A DNA stretch of 64,000 nucleotides from Vicinamibacterales bacterium (lineage in GTDB: Bacteria; Acidobacteriota; Vicinamibacteria; Vicinamibacterales; JAMQPK01), in NCBI GenBank assembly GCA_963746535.1, contig CAVVBP010000007.1:880444-944443 (forward strand), read 5' to 3'. Below are positions 59,937 through 64,000 of the stretch, in pieces. The notes beneath the pieces were generated by a model. It was given only the letters and a program-made list of their open reading frames with translations. It was not told where the DNA came from and searched no databases. Position numbers and translations under genes: made by a program. Position 1 is the first letter of the stretch; every line of letters begins with the position of its first letter.

Positions 59937-60605
59937 ATGGACTGGACGGCTCTGCGGGTCTCGCTCGCGCTCGGGGCAGGCACGATCGCGATGCTGCTCC
60001 CGTTCGGGATCTGGCTCGGTCACCTGCTGGCCGTCCGCCAGTTTCGCGGCAAGCTCCTCGTCGAAGCGCTCGTGACCGTTCCGCTCGTCCTGCCGCCGAC
60101 CGTGCTCGGTTTCTATCTGCTCGTCACCTTCGGCGCGCGGTCGCCGCTCGGCCAGGCCTTCCAGGCCATCGTCGGGCAATCCCTTCCGTTTTCGTTCGAG
60201 GGGCTGTTGCTGGCGTCTGCCATCGCCAACATTCCGTTCGTCGTCCAGCCGATCCAGCGCGGCTTCGAGGCCATTCCGAATGACGTCCGCGACGCCGCCG
60301 CGTGCTGCGGGCTGACACCCTGGGAGCGCTTCCTCCGGATCGAAATCCCGCTCGCGTGGCCCAGCATCCTGACCGCGGCGATTCTCACCTTCGCGCACAC
60401 CCTCGGCGAGTTCGGCGTCGTGTTGATGGTCGGCGGCAATCTCCCGGGAGAAACGCGCACGCTCAGCGTGGCGATTTACGATCGCATGCAGGCCTTCGAC
60501 GATCGCAGCGCCGGCATCATGGCCGCGACGCTGCTCGTCGTGGCCGTCACGACGCTCATGGCGACGACGATGCTGTCGCGGCGGGTGGGGCAGCGCCGTG
60601 GCTGA
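59937..60605 (+). CDS. modB: Molybdate ABC transporter permease
   Basis: PLVLPPTVLGFYLL, LTFAHTLGEFGVVLMVGGNLPGETRT. Confidence 0.95.
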   Translation: MDWTALRVSLALGAGTIAMLLPFGIWLGHLLAVRQFRGKLLVEALVTVPLVLPPTVLGFYLLVTFGARSPLGQAFQAIVGQSLPFSFEGLLLASAIANIPFVVQPIQRGFEAIPNDVRDAAACCGLTPWERFLRIEIPLAWPSILTAAILTFAHTLGEFGVVLMVGGNLPGETRTLSVAIYDRMQAFDDRSAGIMAATLLVVAVTTLMATTMLSRRVGQRRG

Positions 60606-61703
60606 CCGGCGCTGTCACGATCAATCTTCGTCAGGAAAGCCCGATTCCGCTCGATGTGGACGTCGCGTGCGATCCGGGCGATGTGCTCGCCATTTTCGGA
60701 CCATCCGGGAGCGGCAAGACAACCATCCTTCGCACCATCGCGGGGCTCTATCGCCCGGCGCAGGCCGTGGTCCGATCGGGCAGCACCACATGGACCGACA
60801 CCGGCAGTGGCGTTTTCGTGCCGCCGCATCAACGGGCCGTTGGATTCGTCTTTCAGGAATACGCGCTGTTTCCTCATCTGACTGCGGCCGGCAACGTGAT
60901 GACGGCGCTTGGTCATCACCCACGTTCGGAACGGCGCCGTCGCGCCGAAGAGTTGCTGCAGCTGCGTGCACTTGTCCGATCGGATGACCCGACGTCCGGC
61001 GGAGCTGTCGGGAGGCGAGCGGCAGCGGGTGGCGCTCGCGAGAGCGCTGGCGCGCGAGCCTGCCGTCCTGCTGCTCGACGAACCGTTTGCCGCGGTCGAT
61101 CGCGTGGTACGCCGCGCCCTTCAGGATGAAATCGACGCGTTGCGGCGCACGCTCGACATGCCGCTCATCCTCGTCACGCACGATTTCGAAGACGTCGTCC
61201 GGCTGGCCACGCACGTGATGATGCTGGAGCGAGGAAAGAGCCTCGCGGTTGGGGCGGTGACGGATCTCATGAGTCGGCCCGATCTGACGTGGCTGCGAGC
61301 GGCGATCGGACTCGGCTCGGTGTTCAACGCCATCGTGGCGCACACCTATCCAGACCGCGGGCTCGCGGAGCTCACGTTCGAAGGCGGGAAACTACTTGTG
61401 GCGGACCAGACGGTCGCGCCGGGCACGGCCGTGCGCGTGCGCATCCCCGCCCGCGAAATCATCCTCGCGACGAGCCGGCCGGATGGGCTGAGCCTTCACA
61501 ACGTGCTGTCAGGCAGGGTCTCTGCCGTTCACACCAATCCATCGGAAAACCAGGTGGTCGTGCAGCTCGCGGTGGGCAGGGTGCTGCTGCTGGCCGAAGT
61601 GACCCGGGACGCCATCCAGCGGCTCAAGGTGGAGGTCGGGAGCGAGCTCTACGCGCTGGTCAAATCGGTGTCGGTCGAGCTGGTGACATCCGGGTCCGGC
61701 TGA
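60598..61703 (+). CDS. modC: Molybdate ABC transporter ATPase with TOBE domains; 1 frameshift near 60960
   Basis: GPSGSGKT, VGFVFQEYALFPHL, LSGGERQRVALARAL, LLLDEPF, LSLHNVLSG. Confidence 0.92.
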
Positions 61704-61716
61704 AGCCGGACACTAC
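61694..61716. repeat. GTAG-tagged REP-like palindrome overlapping the modC stop codon
   Basis: GTCCGGCTGAAGCCGGAC-ACTAC; modC TGA at 61701-61703 lies in the loop. Confidence 0.8.
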
Positions 61717-61721
61717 GTTTA

Positions 61722-61745
61722 GATATGATTTGAGTCGATTTGAAA
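61722..61745. promoter_or_regulatory. Second copy of the candidate operator, upstream of the TonB receptor
   Basis: GATATGATTTGAGTCGATTTGAAA with GATTTGA repeated at a 10-bp period. Confidence 0.55.
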
Positions 61746-61778
61746 TCACTAGTTGAGACGGTCTAGAGTTTACGATCT

Positions 61779-64000
61779 GTGCAGCCGGGTCGAAGGGGAT
61801 CGCTCTTAGTCTGCTTTGTCGTCGCGAGCGTCTGCGGCGTCGGCGTGTTGCCCGGATCTGCTCAGACGGCTGCCGGCGAGATCACCGGCATCGTGAAGGA
61901 TCAGGCCGGAGCGGCCGTTCCCGGCGCGACCATTACGGTCACTGAAACACGTACGAATCGTCAGCGACTGGCCGTGTCCACCGACGAGGGCGTCTACACG
62001 GCCCCGAGCCTGGCGCCTGGCGAATACCGCATCGATGTCGAGCTCGCCGGCTTCAAGTCCGTGCGCCGCGAGGGCATTCGCCTGTCAACCGGCGAGAGAG
62101 CGCGCATCGAGTTCGACCTCACTGTCGGAGACGTTCGAGAACTGGTGACGGTCGTCGCAGACGCGCCGATTGTGCGAGCGGAGACCGCGAGCCTCGGGAC
62201 CGTCGTCGAGAACGAGCAGGTCGTGCAGCTGCCGTTGAACGGCCGCCTGTTCATCATGCTCGCGGCCATTGCTCCGGGCGTCGCGCTGCCGCCGAATTCC
62301 GTCCTGCCGCGCATCAACGGCGGGAGACCGCGAACGAACGAGTATCTCTTCGACGGCATCTCCGTGCTGCAGCCCGAGCCGGGGCAGCTCGCGTACTATC
62401 CGATCATCGACGCCATCCAGGAGTTCAAGATCGAGAGCAACAGCCCGGCGGCCGAGTTCGGGCGGTTCAATGGCGGCGTCGTCAATCTCACGACGAAATC
62501 GGGCACGAATGCCTTTCACGGCAACGTGTTCGAGTTTTTCCGCAACGAGAATCTGAACGCCAGGAATTACTTCCAGTCGACCAATCCAGTGAAACCGGAC
62601 TATCGGCGGAATCAGTACGGCGGCATGTCCGGCGGCCCGATTGTGAAGGACCGGACGTTCTTCTTTGTCGATTATCAGGGGCAGCGGCAGAGCATCGGCC
62701 GCACGGTGACCTCGAACGTGCCCACGCTCGCCGAACGTTCAGGTGTCTTCCGCCAGAACATCTACGATCCGGCGACAACGGTCGGGAATACGCGTCAGCA
62801 GTTCCCGAACAACACGATTCCGAGAAGCGCCATGGATCCCGTCGCGCTGGCGCTTCTCGAGCGCTATCCGCTCCCGACCAACACCGCCACCGCGAACAAC
62901 TACAGCCGGACGGCCAACGAAATCGACAGTCAGGATCAGGGCGATGTCCGCATCGATCACAAGTTTGCTTCAGGCCGCGATCAGGCGTTCGGGCGGTTGA
63001 CGCACTTCCGTGGTCGTGCCGAACCGGTGACGGCCTTTCCGGACGGGAGCGGAACGATCCTGGCCGGCAGCGTGGCCGTGGGTCCGCAGGATACGACGGC
63101 ATGGGCGTTTGCTTCGAACTATCAACACACCTTCTCGACCAACGTGCTGAACGAAGTGCGCATCGGAGATACACGGCGATCCGTCCAGCGCGGCGCGGTG
63201 TCGTTGCCGTCGCCTGCTGGCGCCGCGCTCAACATTCCCGGCATTCCGTCGAATTCGCAATTTGCCAACACGATGCCGACCTTCGCACCGAACGGCTACC
63301 AGCAGCTCGGATCCCCGAATAACACGGCCTCCGACTTCAGCACGAGCGTCACACAGATCGCCGATTCGGTCACCTGGCTGAAAGGCCGCCACACCATGAA
63401 GATGGGGCTCGACTGGCGTTGGGAGCGGCTCAACGTGATCCAACCCCCCTGGCCGACGGGGTCGTTTGCCTTCAGCACCGTTGGCAGCGATCTCCCCGGG
63501 GTCGCGAATACCGGCAATGCATTCGCGAGCTTTCTGCTGGGACAGGTGCAGACCTTTGCCATCGACCTCCAGCAGACGGACATTCAGGAGCGCGCACACT
63601 TTCAGGAGTACTTCATCCAGGACGACTGGAAGGTATCCGAGCGCCTGACGCTCAATCTGGGGCTCCGATACACGCTGAATTTCCCATCCACGGAGATCAA
63701 CGGCCAGACGGCCGTGTTCAATCTGCAGACCAGGCAGCTCGACTATCCAGGTACGGAGCCGGTACGGCCGCTCAAGAAGGACAACTTTGGCCCGCGGATT
63801 GGCGCCGTCTACAGCCTGACCGAAAAGACCGTCGTCAGCTCGGGGTACGGGAAGGTCTGGATCGAGATGGCGGGGATCACGACGCCGTTCACGACGCCGA
63901 ACTTTCCGTTCCTGCAGGACGTGTCGTTGCGAACGCTCGACAACATTACACCGGCGTTCGTGCTGGCGAAGGGACCGACCGTCACACCAGTCGGCCCGAC
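61779..64000 (+). CDS. TonB-dependent receptor (Oar-like, N-terminal carboxypeptidase-regulatory-like domain), 3'-truncated
   Basis: My translation: signal peptide, ITGIVKDQAGAAVPGATITV, LPLNGR, DAIQEFKI, GRFNGGVVNLTTKSGTNAFHG, FIQDDWKV, DNFGPRIG; frame phase agrees at both ends; absent from the ORF track, consistent with no stop in the window. Confidence 0.9.
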   Translation, partial: MQPGRRGSLLVCFVVASVCGVGVLPGSAQTAAGEITGIVKDQAGAAVPGATITVTETRTNRQRLAVSTDEGVYTAPSLAPGEYRIDVELAGFKSVRREGIRLSTGERARIEFDLTVGDVRELVTVVADAPIVRAETASLGTVVENEQVVQLPLNGRLFIMLAAIAPGVALPPNSVLPRINGGRPRTNEYLFDGISVLQPEPGQLAYYPIIDAIQEFKIESNSPAAEFGRFNGGVVNLTTKSGTNAFHGNVFEFFRNENLNARNYFQSTNPVKPDYRRNQYGGMSGGPIVKDRTFFFVDYQGQRQSIGRTVTSNVPTLAERSGVFRQNIYDPATTVGNTRQQFPNNTIPRSAMDPVALALLERYPLPTNTATANNYSRTANEIDSQDQGDVRIDHKFASGRDQAFGRLTHFRGRAEPVTAFPDGSGTILAGSVAVGPQDTTAWAFASNYQHTFSTNVLNEVRIGDTRRSVQRGAVSLPSPAGAALNIPGIPSNSQFANTMPTFAPNGYQQLGSPNNTASDFSTSVTQIADSVTWLKGRHTMKMGLDWRWERLNVIQPPWPTGSFAFSTVGSDLPGVANTGNAFASFLLGQVQTFAIDLQQTDIQERAHFQEYFIQDDWKVSERLTLNLGLRYTLNFPSTEINGQTAVFNLQTRQLDYPGTEPVRPLKKDNFGPRIGAVYSLTEKTVVSSGYGKVWIEMAGITTPFTTPNFPFLQDVSLRTLDNITPAFVLAKGPTVTPVGP

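Overview
GC-rich bacterial chromosomal window with about 45 protein-coding genes. I found no rRNA, tRNA, CRISPR array or transposase. The gene content (Oar-like TonB receptor, cytochrome c-fused PQQ dehydrogenase, GTCCGGCTnnAGCCGGAC palindromes) suggests Acidobacteriota, possibly Vicinamibacterales-like; this is inference only. At least 15 genes are broken by small indels, most densely at 27.5-37.1 kb, which looks like uncorrected long-read error, so several CDS calls are reconstructed across frames. Main contents in order: sulfonate/nitrate-type ABC transporter; quinohemoprotein dehydrogenase; large Ig-repeat protein with a toxin-like C-terminus plus a lipoprotein partner; short ribosomal S1 paralog; hybrid kinase and OFA-type MFS; membrane-anchored STAND-like ATPase; glgX, pfkA and glgP; a tightly packed minus-strand operon PFOR - DHODH-like - decaheme MtrA - MtrB porin - monoheme cytochrome - hexaheme NapC/NirT-like cytochrome; PPK2; several secreted proteins; a two-component pair; wHTH regulator - YjbQ - B12 radical SAM; S8 protease; vapBC; GH65-like hydrolase; TOBE regulator with modABC; and a TonB receptor running off the end. 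The best candidates for something new are (1) the PFOR-coupled porin-cytochrome operon, (2) a ~200-nt multi-stem element present three times whose outer stems differ in sequence but keep pairing, (3) a shared 24-bp motif linking modABC to the TonB receptor, (4) the Ig-repeat toxin-like pair and (5) the wHTH/YjbQ/radical SAM unit with 11-bp-phased repeats.
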